64,000 nucleotides of DNA, taken from positions 1-64,000 of the forward strand of contig CAVTNR010000022.1 in NCBI GenBank assembly GCA_963736115.1, read 5' to 3'. This stretch comes from an uncultured bacterium (lineage in GTDB: Bacteria > Zhuqueibacterota > QNDG01 > DTFT01). Positions 21,361 to 30,400 of this stretch are shown one piece after another. Position 1 is the first letter of the stretch, and each line of letters begins with the position of its first letter. The notes under the pieces are model-generated. The model had not been told where the DNA came from. It ran no database searches and saw only the letters and a program-made list of their open reading frames with translations. Both the position numbers and the translations under genes were made by a program.

Positions 21361-23337
21361 ATGCGAATGTATCTGAAAATTTTGCGGTTTCTGAAACCCC
21401 ACTGGAAGATGATCCTCCTGTCAGTCGGGCTGGCCATGACGTATGTGACCTTCAACGGCATTTCCCTGTGGGTGTCGGTCGATTTCGTGCAGGAACTCTT
21501 CGTTCCCTCCGCGTCCGTCGCAGGTCCCGACGCCGGCGTGTCCGCCGTGGACCGTCCGGCCGAACCGCAAACCGGGGTTCCGGCGGCAGTCGACCACGCC
21601 CGGCGGCTCAAACTGACGGACCGTCTGAAACGCGTCGTCAAGAAGCTGCTCGTGCGGCCCGAACGGGACGATACGCTCAAACTCGTGTGCCTGGTCATTT
21701 TCATCTCCTTCCTCCTGAAAAACACAGCATTCTATTTCAAGCGGGTGGTGACGCTGTACATCGAACAGCGGGTGGTCACGTCCATACGGGACAAGGTGTT
21801 CCAGTCCATGATGCGCCTGCCGGTACCTTATTTCGACAACCGGCATTCCGGAACCCTGAATTCGGTCATTTTCAACGACGTGCACGCGATGAATGTCGTG
21901 CTGAACGACAGTTTCGGGAAGCTCATCCTTCTGCCCATCCAGACCGTCGGCTTCCTGATCATCCTCGTCTCTCTGTCCTGGAAAATGTCGCTCATCACCT
22001 TTCTGATCGTGCCGGTCAGCGGGCTGGCCATCGCCAAGATCGGCCAGAGCGTGCGGCGCAAGAGCCGCCGGACCCTGCAGAGCATGTCCCTGCTGGTGGC
22101 CGCTTTCCAGGAGTCCCTCTCCGCCGTCCGCATCGTCAAGGCTTTCGGCCAGGAGGAGAAGGAGCGGAAGCGCTTCCACAAGGAGAACTGGAACTATCTG
22201 GCGCTCAAGTTCAGGCAGGGCCGGCTCAGCTATCTCACCTCGCCGCTGAACGAAACCTTCGGCGCTCTCATTATCGTCGCCCTGCTCTGGTTCGGCGGCC
22301 GTCTGGTGATCCGCGGCCAGGGTCTGTCGCCGGACGATTTCGTCCGTTACCTGGTGTTTCTCTTCGGGATATTCCAGCCCCTCAAGGAGTTGTCGGGCAT
22401 CAACAACACGCTGCAGACGGGCCTTGCCGCGGCGGAGCGCATATTCGCGGTCATCGACGAGCCGAGCGAAGTCTACGAGAAACCCGGCGCGAAAGCGCTG
22501 CAGGGATTCCGCCGAGACATCGTCTACGACAATGTCTCGTTCCGGTACAAGGAAGACGGGCACGCCGTTCTGCACGACGTGTCGCTCCGCGTCGAACGGG
22601 GCCAGACGGTCGCTTTTGTGGGTCCCAGCGGGTCCGGGAAGACGACTCTGGTGAACCTGCTCCCGCGTTTTTACGAGGTCCGGGAGGGGTCCGTCCGGAT
22701 CGACGGCATGGACATCCGGGACATGACCCTGCATTCCCTGCGCGGCCACATCGGCATGGTCACGCAGGAGACCGTCCTGTTCAACGACACGGTGCGCGCG
22801 AACATCGCCTACAGCCTGGACGACGCGGACGACGCCCGCATCCGGGCCGCGGCGGAGGCGGCGAACGCCTGGGAATTCATCCGCGCGATGGACGGCGGGC
22901 TGGACGCGCGCATTGGCGAGAGAGGCGTGAACCTGTCGGGCGGCCAGCGCCAGCGTATCTCGATCGCGCGCGCGATACTGAAGGATCCGCCCATCCTCAT
23001 CCTGGACGAGGCCACCTCAGCGCTCGACACCGAATCGGAACGAGCTGTGCAGGAGGCGATCGAGCGCATCATGAAGCGCCGCACCGTGCTTGTCATCGCC
23101 CACCGGCTGTCGACGGTGATCCGCGCCGACCGAATCGTGGTGATGCAGAAGGGCCGGATGCTGGCCCAGGGCACGCACCCGACGCTCCTGCGGTCCTGCG
23201 GCCTGTACCGGAAACTGTACGAGATGCAATTTCAGGATCGGAATGCCCGCTCCGGGCGTAGAAAGGATAGGGACGGGTCCGGGAATAAGGCCGGAGACGG
23301 GGCCGATGGCTGGTCCCGGTCCCGGCGGACCGCATGA
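21361..23337 (+). CDS. msbA: MsbA-like ABC exporter (TMD+NBD)
   Basis: Six-TM domain, GPSGSGKTT, LSGGQRQR, LDEATSALD, IAHRLST; adjacent to the LPS cluster. Confidence 0.8.
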   Translation: MRMYLKILRFLKPHWKMILLSVGLAMTYVTFNGISLWVSVDFVQELFVPSASVAGPDAGVSAVDRPAEPQTGVPAAVDHARRLKLTDRLKRVVKKLLVRPERDDTLKLVCLVIFISFLLKNTAFYFKRVVTLYIEQRVVTSIRDKVFQSMMRLPVPYFDNRHSGTLNSVIFNDVHAMNVVLNDSFGKLILLPIQTVGFLIILVSLSWKMSLITFLIVPVSGLAIAKIGQSVRRKSRRTLQSMSLLVAAFQESLSAVRIVKAFGQEEKERKRFHKENWNYLALKFRQGRLSYLTSPLNETFGALIIVALLWFGGRLVIRGQGLSPDDFVRYLVFLFGIFQPLKELSGINNTLQTGLAAAERIFAVIDEPSEVYEKPGAKALQGFRRDIVYDNVSFRYKEDGHAVLHDVSLRVERGQTVAFVGPSGSGKTTLVNLLPRFYEVREGSVRIDGMDIRDMTLHSLRGHIGMVTQETVLFNDTVRANIAYSLDDADDARIRAAAEAANAWEFIRAMDGGLDARIGERGVNLSGGQRQRISIARAILKDPPILILDEATSALDTESERAVQEAIERIMKRRTVLVIAHRLSTVIRADRIVVMQKGRMLAQGTHPTLLRSCGLYRKLYEMQFQDRNARSGRRKDRDGSGNKAGDGADGWSRSRRTA

Positions 23338-24017
23338 ACGGGACCGGTCGAGCGGAACTCCGCGGCGCCGTCCGGCGAATCCCCGCGGATCCGGACCGGA
23401 TGTCGGCTCTACAGGAGGCGGCGGCCATCCTTCACAACGGGGGGTTGCTGGCCTACCCAACGGAAACCGTTTACGGCATCGGCGCGGACCCGGAGAACGC
23501 CGGGGCCGTGGGCCGCATCCGGGACTTGAAGGGCGGATCTCCGGATCGCGCGGTTCTACTGGTCGTTGGTTCCGAGGCGGTTCTGCGATCGTGGGTCGGG
23601 GACGTCCCGGAACCGGCCCTGCGCCTGATGCGTCGATTCTGGCCCGGTCCGCTGACCCTGGTGTTCCGGGCCTCGGACCGGCTGCCGTCCGCTATGCGAA
23701 ACGACCGGGGCACGGTTGCCTTCCGGATTTCCCCGGATCCCGTTTGCGCCGGCCTGGCCCGGGCCTTCGGCAAACCCGTCGTATCGACCAGCGCAAATCC
23801 GGCCGGGCGGGAACCCGCCCGGTCCGCGGAGGAAGTGCTGGGTTATTTCAAGCAGGGGCTGGACGCTGTTCTGGACGGAGGCGCGAGGCCCGGTACCGCC
23901 CCGTCCACTCTGGTGGACGTCACCGGCCTTGTTCCCGTACTTCTACGGCGGGGCCCCGTACCGGCGGACGCGATCCGTTCGGAGATCGGACGATTGGATG
24001 AACACGAAACCCTATAA
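23334..24017 (+). CDS. tsaC: Threonylcarbamoyl-AMP synthase (TsaC/YrdC)
   Basis: PTETVYG, FWPGPLT, STSAN, PSTLVD. Confidence 0.9.
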   Translation: MNGTGRAELRGAVRRIPADPDRMSALQEAAAILHNGGLLAYPTETVYGIGADPENAGAVGRIRDLKGGSPDRAVLLVVGSEAVLRSWVGDVPEPALRLMRRFWPGPLTLVFRASDRLPSAMRNDRGTVAFRISPDPVCAGLARAFGKPVVSTSANPAGREPARSAEEVLGYFKQGLDAVLDGGARPGTAPSTLVDVTGLVPVLLRRGPVPADAIRSEIGRLDEHETL

Positions 24018-24513
24018 AGTGCTTTTTGTCTGCACCGGAAACCTGTGCCGCAGTCCGATGGCTGCCGGCATCCTGCGGATCCAACTGACCAAGCGGCGCG
24101 CACCGGCAATCGAGGCGTCATCCGCGGGCATCATGGCTTCGGCAGGCCGGGAGGCGGAACCCCTGGCCGTCTCAATCGCGAGGCACAACGGCGTGGATCT
24201 CTCGCATCACCGGTCCGCCATGCTCACGCGGACCCTGCTGGAATCCGCGGACCTGATTCTGACCATGGAACGAATGCAGCTTCAGTACGTGCGCGGCATG
24301 ATTCCAAACCAGAAAGACAAGGCGTTTCTGCTCAAGGCCTTCGGCCGCAGGAGCGTCGAAGGGGATGTGGACGATCCCATGTCACGCGACGTGGAGGCCT
24401 ACGAGGACTGCTTCGCCACCCTGCAGATGGAGATCGCAAGAATTCTGCCTCAAATCATCAGACGCGCGACCCAGAAAAAGGAAGCGGCCGCAGGACGGAC
24501 GGAAAAGAAATGA
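23998..24513 (+). CDS. Low-molecular-weight protein phosphatase
   Basis: FVCTGNLCRSPMA P-loop, SSAG, DVDDP. Confidence 0.9.
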   Translation: MNTKPYKVLFVCTGNLCRSPMAAGILRIQLTKRRAPAIEASSAGIMASAGREAEPLAVSIARHNGVDLSHHRSAMLTRTLLESADLILTMERMQLQYVRGMIPNQKDKAFLLKAFGRRSVEGDVDDPMSRDVEAYEDCFATLQMEIARILPQIIRRATQKKEAAAGRTEKK

Positions 24514-25286
24514 ATCGCATCACGAACAGGCGCGCCGCCCGGTGGATGGCGCTGGGATTCTGGGCCGCGGGCGCAGTCGCCTCGGCCGACTCGACGGACG
24601 GCGCCTTTCAGTTCCGGCGTGTCGAGAACCGGGCCTTCGGGGTCGGGGAAGTCCTGACATTCGATGTGGCCTACGGCGTGGTGAACGCCGGCACGGCCGT
24701 CATGAGCATCCCGGACACCCAGTGGGTGCAGGGAAGGCCCTGTCTCCACATCGTAACCACGGCCGAATCCAACTCTTTCTTCTCGAAGATCTTCAAGGTG
24801 CGCGACCGGGTCGAGTCCGTGATGGATATGGAGGGGCTGTTCAGCTGGCATTTCCACAAACAGCTCCGCGAGGGAGGATACCGATCCAACCGGACCGAAC
24901 GGTTCGATCCCGTGCGTCGGCTCGCGTACACGAAGCGCGACACGTTCGAGACGCCGCCGTTCGTCCAGGATATCCTCAGCGCCTTTTATTTCACCCGTAC
25001 CCAGCCCCTGAATCCGGGCCAACCGTTCGACATCGATTGCTTCAGCGGCAAGCATGTCTATCCGCTCCGGGTGCTCGTGCATCGGCGGGAGAAGGTGGAA
25101 GTGCCCGCCGGAAAATTCCGGTGCGTCGTGGTGGAACCGGTGCTCCGCGGTGAGGGGCTCTTCAACCAGAAGGGAAAACTGACCATCTGGCTGACGGACG
25201 ACGAGCGCCGGATTCCCGTGCTGATGAAGAGCAAGGTGCTGGTCGGCTCGATCGACTGCCGGCTGAAAAAAATCGTCCGCCCCTGA
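24510..25286 (+). CDS. DUF3108-family exported protein
   Basis: Signal peptide, GE.L.F, QDILSA, VPAGKF, IWLTDDERRIPV. Confidence 0.8.
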   Translation: MNRITNRRAARWMALGFWAAGAVASADSTDGAFQFRRVENRAFGVGEVLTFDVAYGVVNAGTAVMSIPDTQWVQGRPCLHIVTTAESNSFFSKIFKVRDRVESVMDMEGLFSWHFHKQLREGGYRSNRTERFDPVRRLAYTKRDTFETPPFVQDILSAFYFTRTQPLNPGQPFDIDCFSGKHVYPLRVLVHRREKVEVPAGKFRCVVVEPVLRGEGLFNQKGKLTIWLTDDERRIPVLMKSKVLVGSIDCRLKKIVRP

Positions 25287-25319
25287 CTCGGGCGGCCGCA
25301 ACGAAGGGACGGATCGCCC

Positions 25320-26291
25320 ATGGGCCGGTTCCCCGAAATCGACGTGAACAAACTCAAAACCCACTCCATCCGGAGCCGGCGGAGCAAGGTCCGTTCGGCC
25401 GCGTCCGCAAAGCCCCCGGAACCGGGCGTGTCCTTCGATGCGTTCTGGAAGGGTCTGCCGGACATGCTGGCCGTGCGGGAGCTGCGTGAGCTGGTCGGCC
25501 GGACGGCGGCTGCGGTGCGTCGGAAGAAGCCCGTTCTCCTGCTGTCCGGGGCGCATGTGATCAAGGTCGGATTGAGTCCCGTGGTCATCCGTCTTATGGA
25601 GAAAGGCGTTGTTTCGGGCGTGGCGTTCAACGGCGCCGGAGCCGTCCACGACGCGGAGCTTGCCTATTTCGGGGCGACTTCGGAGGAGGTGGAGAAGACG
25701 ATCCGGAACGGCCGGTTCGGCATGGTCCGTGAAACCGCCGGCATTCTCAACGGCGCGGCACGCGAGGGCGCGGCTGAGGGGCTGGGTTTCGGAGAAGCCC
25801 TGGGCCGGCGTATTCTGAAAGACGGGCCGCCGTATACGCGGTCCAGCATTCTGGCACAGGCCGCCCGTCTCGGCGTGCCGGCCACCATCCACGTCGCCAT
25901 CGGAACGGACATCGTGCATCCCCATCCCTCGGCCGACGGCGCGGCCATCGGCGAGACCAGTCTACGCGATTTCCGCATCCTGGCCGAACAGGTTTCGCGG
26001 CTGGGCAACGGCGGCGTGGTCCTGCTGTTCGGGTCCGCCGTGGTGCTCCCCGAAGTATTCCTGAAGGCCTTGTCCGCGGCGCGTAACATCAAGGGCCGCG
26101 TTTCCGGATTCTTCACCGCGAGTTTCGACATGAACCGCCATTACCGGCCGCGTGTCAATGTAGTCGAGCGCCCCACCGCGGACGGCGGCCGGGGATACAC
26201 GTTCACCGGGCATCACGAGATCATGATGCCGCTTTTCGCCTCCGCGGTCCTTGAAGCCCTGTTTCCAGGGTCGCGGGTCCGGGGGCGCTGA
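25320..26291 (+). CDS. Conserved protein, possibly deoxyhypusine-synthase-like fold
   Basis: GAHVIK, HDAE, FGMVRET, GTDIVH, GSAVVLPEVFLKAL, GHHE; family assigned from recall. Confidence 0.6.
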   Translation: MGRFPEIDVNKLKTHSIRSRRSKVRSAASAKPPEPGVSFDAFWKGLPDMLAVRELRELVGRTAAAVRRKKPVLLLSGAHVIKVGLSPVVIRLMEKGVVSGVAFNGAGAVHDAELAYFGATSEEVEKTIRNGRFGMVRETAGILNGAAREGAAEGLGFGEALGRRILKDGPPYTRSSILAQAARLGVPATIHVAIGTDIVHPHPSADGAAIGETSLRDFRILAEQVSRLGNGGVVLLFGSAVVLPEVFLKALSAARNIKGRVSGFFTASFDMNRHYRPRVNVVERPTADGGRGYTFTGHHEIMMPLFASAVLEALFPGSRVRGR

Positions 26292-26320
26292 GCCTCCGCC
26301 GGACGGAAACGCAACCGACG

Positions 26321-27676
26321 ATGGAAAACGGAAAACCCCTCGTCCTGGTCGTGGATGACGACCCCCACCTCTGCGAGATCCTCGCCCATATTCTCGCCCT
26401 CGAAGGCTACGCGTCGGCCGCCGCGCACACCGGAGCGGAAGCCCTCCAGGCGCTCCGTCAGTCGCCCGCCGACCTGGTTTTACTCGACCTGAAATTACCC
26501 GATACCGACGGCCTGGACCTTCTGTCCGCCCTGCGGCGAGGGGAGCCTCCAGTGCCGGTCATCATGATTTCCGGGGAGGGCACCATCCGGACCGCGGTGA
26601 AGGCCGTCGGCATGGGCGCCTATGACTTTCTCGAAAAACCGCTCGACCCGGACCGGGTTCTGCTGACCGTGCGCAACGCCCTGGAACGGCGCCGGCTGGA
26701 GGACGAGAAGGCCTCTCTTCTCCGCACCGTGGCCGCGCAATACGCCATGATCGGCGAGAGCGAAGCAATGCGGCGTGTTCACGAATGGATCCTGAAGGCC
26801 GCCCGGACCGGCAGCAAGGTTCTGATCGAGGGGGAGAACGGGACCGGAAAGGAGCTCGTGGCGCGCGCCATACACCGCGCCGGGCAGAAGGCCGACAGGC
26901 CGTTTGTGGCCGTTAATTGCGCGGCGATTCCGGAGACGCTCATCGAGAGCGAGCTGTTCGGATATCGGAAGGGCGCGTTCACCGGCGCCGTCTCGGACCG
27001 GCCGGGCAAGTTCCAGGCCGCGGAGGGCGGCACGCTGTTTCTCGACGAAATCGGAGACATGAGCCCTGTCACCCAGGCCAAGGTGCTTCGGGCCATTGAA
27101 GCGGAGGTTGTGGAGCCCGTCGGCGCTTCAGCGCCGGTGCGCACCGACATCCGGCTTATCGCGGCCACCAACAAGGACCTCCGGACCGAGATGGCGGAGG
27201 GACGGTTCCGGGAGGATCTGTATTTCCGCCTCAACGTGCTCAATATCCGGATTCCGGCGCTCCGGGAACGGCGGGAGGACATCCCGCTTCTGGTCGGGCA
27301 TTTTATCCGTCTTTTCTGCCGGGAGCACGGCGTTGACCTGAAGCGGATCGAGCCTTCCGCCATGGAGCATCTCTCGGCATTGCCATGGGCCGGCAATGTG
27401 CGGGAGCTGAGGAATTTCATGGAGAAGCTGGTGGTCCTGATCGACCGCGAGGAAATCCGAAAGGCCGACCTCGTCCCCCTGCTGAGTCTTCCGGAAAGGG
27501 CCGGCCGGTCGGACGATCCCTCGCCGCTGACGCTGCATGAGGCGAAGGAGCGTTTCGAAAGGGGATTCATCCGGGAGAAACTGGAGGCCGCGGGATGGAA
27601 CGTAACACGGGCCGCGGAGGCGCTCGGCCTGCCGAGGACGTATCTGCACAGGAAAATGAAACAGCTGGGATTGTGA
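26321..27676 (+). CDS. Sigma54-dependent response regulator (NtrC/NtrX family)
   Basis: Receiver domain, GENGTGKE, GAFTGA, FLDEI, WAGNVREL, Fis-type HTH. Confidence 0.95.
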   Translation: MENGKPLVLVVDDDPHLCEILAHILALEGYASAAAHTGAEALQALRQSPADLVLLDLKLPDTDGLDLLSALRRGEPPVPVIMISGEGTIRTAVKAVGMGAYDFLEKPLDPDRVLLTVRNALERRRLEDEKASLLRTVAAQYAMIGESEAMRRVHEWILKAARTGSKVLIEGENGTGKELVARAIHRAGQKADRPFVAVNCAAIPETLIESELFGYRKGAFTGAVSDRPGKFQAAEGGTLFLDEIGDMSPVTQAKVLRAIEAEVVEPVGASAPVRTDIRLIAATNKDLRTEMAEGRFREDLYFRLNVLNIRIPALRERREDIPLLVGHFIRLFCREHGVDLKRIEPSAMEHLSALPWAGNVRELRNFMEKLVVLIDREEIRKADLVPLLSLPERAGRSDDPSPLTLHEAKERFERGFIREKLEAAGWNVTRAAEALGLPRTYLHRKMKQLGL

Positions 27677-27704
27677 TGGGGGAGGAGGGGCTTGTCGCCC
27701 AAAA

Positions 27705-27907
27705 GGCGATGGGATTGTGATGGGGGAGCGGAAGGGCGGGGCAGTGGGAAGGGTGTGGAAATCGCCCGAAGAGGCGATGGGATTGTGATGGGGGAGCGGA
27801 AGGGCGGGGCAGTGGGAAGGGTGTGGAAATCGCCCGAAGAGGCGATGGGATTGTGATGGGGGAGCGGAAGGGCGGGGCAGTGGGAAGGGTGTGGGAATCG
27901 CCCGAAG
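27705..27907 (+). repeat. Three tandem copies of a 68-bp G-rich unit
   Basis: Units start at 27705, 27773 and 27841; near-identical. Confidence 0.92.
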
Positions 27908-27910
27908 TTG

Positions 27911-27957
27911 AAAGAGAGAAGGTAACCTTCTGACAGAAGGTTGCCTTCTCTCTTTTT
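27911..27957. terminator. Bidirectional intrinsic terminator
   Basis: AAAGAGAGAAGGTAACCTTCT-gac-AGAAGGTTGCCTTCTCTCTTTT between convergent genes. Confidence 0.75.
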
Positions 27958-27980
27958 CCTATCAATGAACCATGAACTTT

Positions 27981-29306
27981 CTATTCCACGTTCTTCTTTT
28001 CCTTCCGCTTCCTCTCGTTTTCCCCGTTCATTTTCGGTCTGATGCCGAACCGGGTCAGCAGCACAGCGCCGAATCCGGGAACCCAGGTGCATGAGAAGAT
28101 GAGCAGATTGACGATCAGGAACGTCCGGCCCACGACGGGGTTTGCGACGTTGACGATTTTACCGATCATGGCCGCGGCTTCAATCGCCAGAATGCCGATG
28201 CAGGCGAGGGCCGCGGGTGCGGTCCACCGCAGGCGGGCCTGGTCGCGTATCGCCTGTCCGATTCTGAGACCCACGGCCGCGCCGCCGAGAAGGAATGCGG
28301 CCAGAACCGCGAGCGGCAGTCCGATCAGGGCAACGGGAATGCCGATGATAGTGACCAGGAGGACCAGGAACACCACGGGAATGAGAAGGATTCCCAAGAA
28401 GCCGACGATCAGACTCCGGGCGTACTGTTGCCTCAGCTTTTCCGTCACCCTCCGGGACGGATCCGGGAAAGCCGCGATGATGAGGGCCGTCACCGCGAGC
28501 AGCAGCAGAATCCGGAACAGGTCGAAGAAGAGCATCCACCCGGAATGCGGCCTGCCCGGGAGGATTTTCCCGAACATCCGGCCGAAATTGAAAACCGTGG
28601 TCTGGCCGGTGGAGGCGCCTTCCTCAACCTCTGCGTTGCCCCAGATGCACACCACGTCGCCTTCCACCTTTGCCGTGGAGGCGAGACGCACGTCCCCCTT
28701 GACCGTCACGACGCCGCCCTGCACTTCCCCGTACACGGTCGCGTCTCCGTCGAAAACGACCACGTCGCCGATGACGCATTCGGTCCGGCCGATGACAGCG
28801 TCACCTCCGAACTTCAGAATGCCCTCCCGTTCGGTGATTTTCGGGGGAGGGATGATTTTCACGTTCTGGCGGCCGCCCGGCATGTTCCACCGGAAGCCCT
28901 TGCCGTCGATCTGGATCTCGTCCGGTATAGGGAGGTGTTTCAGCAGGGTGTCGATCCCCATCAGCAGGGAGTCCATATTCCGGACCTTCATTCTCAGCTT
29001 GAACGGCTGATCCCCGGGGTCGAATCCGTGCAGTTCGCGGAGATGTTCTTCCTCCCGCTGGCGTTCCTTCTCCTTCAATTCCCGGAAAATCCGCTCATTC
29101 AACTGACGCTCTTTCTCCCTGATATTCCGGGCCCGCTCCTCCTCCATTCGCGCTTCCGAATCCATCCTGATGGCTTCGCGTTCCTCGTCCCGGTCGGTGC
29201 GGATCCGGACTTCGGAGGAGTCCGCGGTGATGACGACGTCCTGTGCATCCAGGCGGGCCGCCGCGGCCAGCGCCAGCGCGATCCAGACGAACGATCGGGT
29301 CTTCAT
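27981..29306 (-). CDS. Exported/membrane protein with coiled coil, bactofilin-like beta-helix and C-terminal TM bundle
   Basis: Signal peptide, E/R-rich helix, GD(V/A)V..G.V.G repeats, 5-6 TM segments with TIIGIP. Confidence 0.7.
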   Translation of the reverse strand: MKTRSFVWIALALAAAARLDAQDVVITADSSEVRIRTDRDEEREAIRMDSEARMEEERARNIREKERQLNERIFRELKEKERQREEEHLRELHGFDPGDQPFKLRMKVRNMDSLLMGIDTLLKHLPIPDEIQIDGKGFRWNMPGGRQNVKIIPPPKITEREGILKFGGDAVIGRTECVIGDVVVFDGDATVYGEVQGGVVTVKGDVRLASTAKVEGDVVCIWGNAEVEEGASTGQTTVFNFGRMFGKILPGRPHSGWMLFFDLFRILLLLAVTALIIAAFPDPSRRVTEKLRQQYARSLIVGFLGILLIPVVFLVLLVTIIGIPVALIGLPLAVLAAFLLGGAAVGLRIGQAIRDQARLRWTAPAALACIGILAIEAAAMIGKIVNVANPVVGRTFLIVNLLIFSCTWVPGFGAVLLTRFGIRPKMNGENERKRKEKKNVE

Positions 29307-29872
29307 GTGCCGGACTCCCGGAGTTTTTTCTTGAGCACTTCGCGGGCGCGGAAAATCCGCGCCTTCACCGTTCCGATGGGGAGTTTCAGCCGTTCGCTGA
29401 TTTCCTCGTAGGAGCGTTCCTCCTGGTGGCGGAGGCGGATGACCTCGCGGTAGATGTCCGGCAGGCTGTCGATCGCGGCCTGGATGGTCCGGCGTCTTTC
29501 GTCGTACAGGTATTCGCCCTCGGGGCTGGTCGAATCGTCCCGGATCTCCTGCGGCGTTTCGCCGTCCGCGTGCTGAATCGGGCGGTCCAGCGGCAGGGTC
29601 CGGAGCTTGCGTTTCCGAATGGCGTCGATGCAGTTGTTGTAGGCGATTTTATACAGCCAGGTCGAGAAGGCAAACTGGTCGTTGTAGTGGGGAAGGGCGT
29701 GGAACGCCTTCATGAAAGTTTCCTGAACCAGGTCTTCGGTTTCCTCCCGGTTCCGGATCATCTGGTAGATCATCACGTAGATCCCGTGTCGATACCTTTT
29801 CTCCAGGTTGTCGTAGGCCGTCTGGTCGCCGGCAAGCGCCTTCCGAACGAGCTCGCTGTTGTCTTCCTTCAA
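29303..29872 (-). CDS. ECF sigma factor (SigW/RpoE-like)
   Basis: EDLVQETFMKAF, FSTWLYKIA, SYEEIS...PIGTVKARIFRAR. Confidence 0.93.
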   Translation of the reverse strand: MKEDNSELVRKALAGDQTAYDNLEKRYRHGIYVMIYQMIRNREETEDLVQETFMKAFHALPHYNDQFAFSTWLYKIAYNNCIDAIRKRKLRTLPLDRPIQHADGETPQEIRDDSTSPEGEYLYDERRRTIQAAIDSLPDIYREVIRLRHQEERSYEEISERLKLPIGTVKARIFRAREVLKKKLRESGT

Positions 29873-29976
29873 TTCCGGCTACCTGTGATTACGTGATTCA
29901 GGAGAAAAAGATTCGTCAAAACCCGGGATCGCATCAAAAAGTAAGGAAACATTGGCGTCCAGTCAAGAAAATTCTC

Positions 29977-30004
29977 TTGCAAATGACGGTCAAAATGCTA
30001 ATTT
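29977..30004 (+). promoter_or_regulatory. Sigma70 promoter, probable leaderless acpS transcript
   Basis: TTGCAA-N16-(TGc)TAATTT-N6-ATG. Confidence 0.45.
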
Positions 30005-30010
30005 TCAATC

Positions 30011-30400
30011 ATGGGCATACTGGGAATCGGCGTGGATCTGGTCGACAAACGGCGGATTGAGGAGGCACTCAACCGCTGGGGGCGGCATTTTTCGGACCGA
30101 ATCCTCACCGAGCGGGAATCCCTCCTGTGCGACGCAAAGGGGGACCGGGTGGGTTCAATCGCGGCCCGTTTCGCGGCCAAGGAGGCCGTGCTGAAGGCCC
30201 TGGGCACCGGGTGGAACCGTGAGATCGGATGGAAGGACATCGAAATCCTGTCCGAAGAGAGCGGCCGGCCCAGGGTGATCCTCAGCCGCGGCGCGGGGAG
30301 GCGGGTCGGCACGGGCCGGGTCTGGCTTTCACTGTCGCACAGCCGCGAGCAGGCCGCCGCGTTCGTCGTCATCGAAACCCCGGAGGAAATTTCGGCTTGA
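30011..30400 (+). CDS. acpS: Holo-ACP synthase
   Basis: GIGVDLV, RFAAKEAVLKALG, SGRP, SLSH. Confidence 0.95.
   Translation: MGILGIGVDLVDKRRIEEALNRWGRHFSDRILTERESLLCDAKGDRVGSIAARFAAKEAVLKALGTGWNREIGWKDIEILSEESGRPRVILSRGAGRRVGTGRVWLSLSHSREQAAAFVVIETPEEISA

Noticed and set aside
21165-23261. Many long overlapping or antisense ORFs (this 698-aa ORF is one example)
   Set aside because: Expected shadow ORFs in high-GC DNA; Arg/Pro/Gly-rich, without motifs, and overlapping well-supported genes
27705-27907. Possible CRISPR array (68-bp period)
   Set aside because: Whole units are near-identical with no unique spacers, and there are no cas genes
26779-28092. 437-aa minus-strand ORF with Pro/His repeats
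   Set aside because: Antisense shadow of the NtrC-family gene plus translation of the tandem repeat
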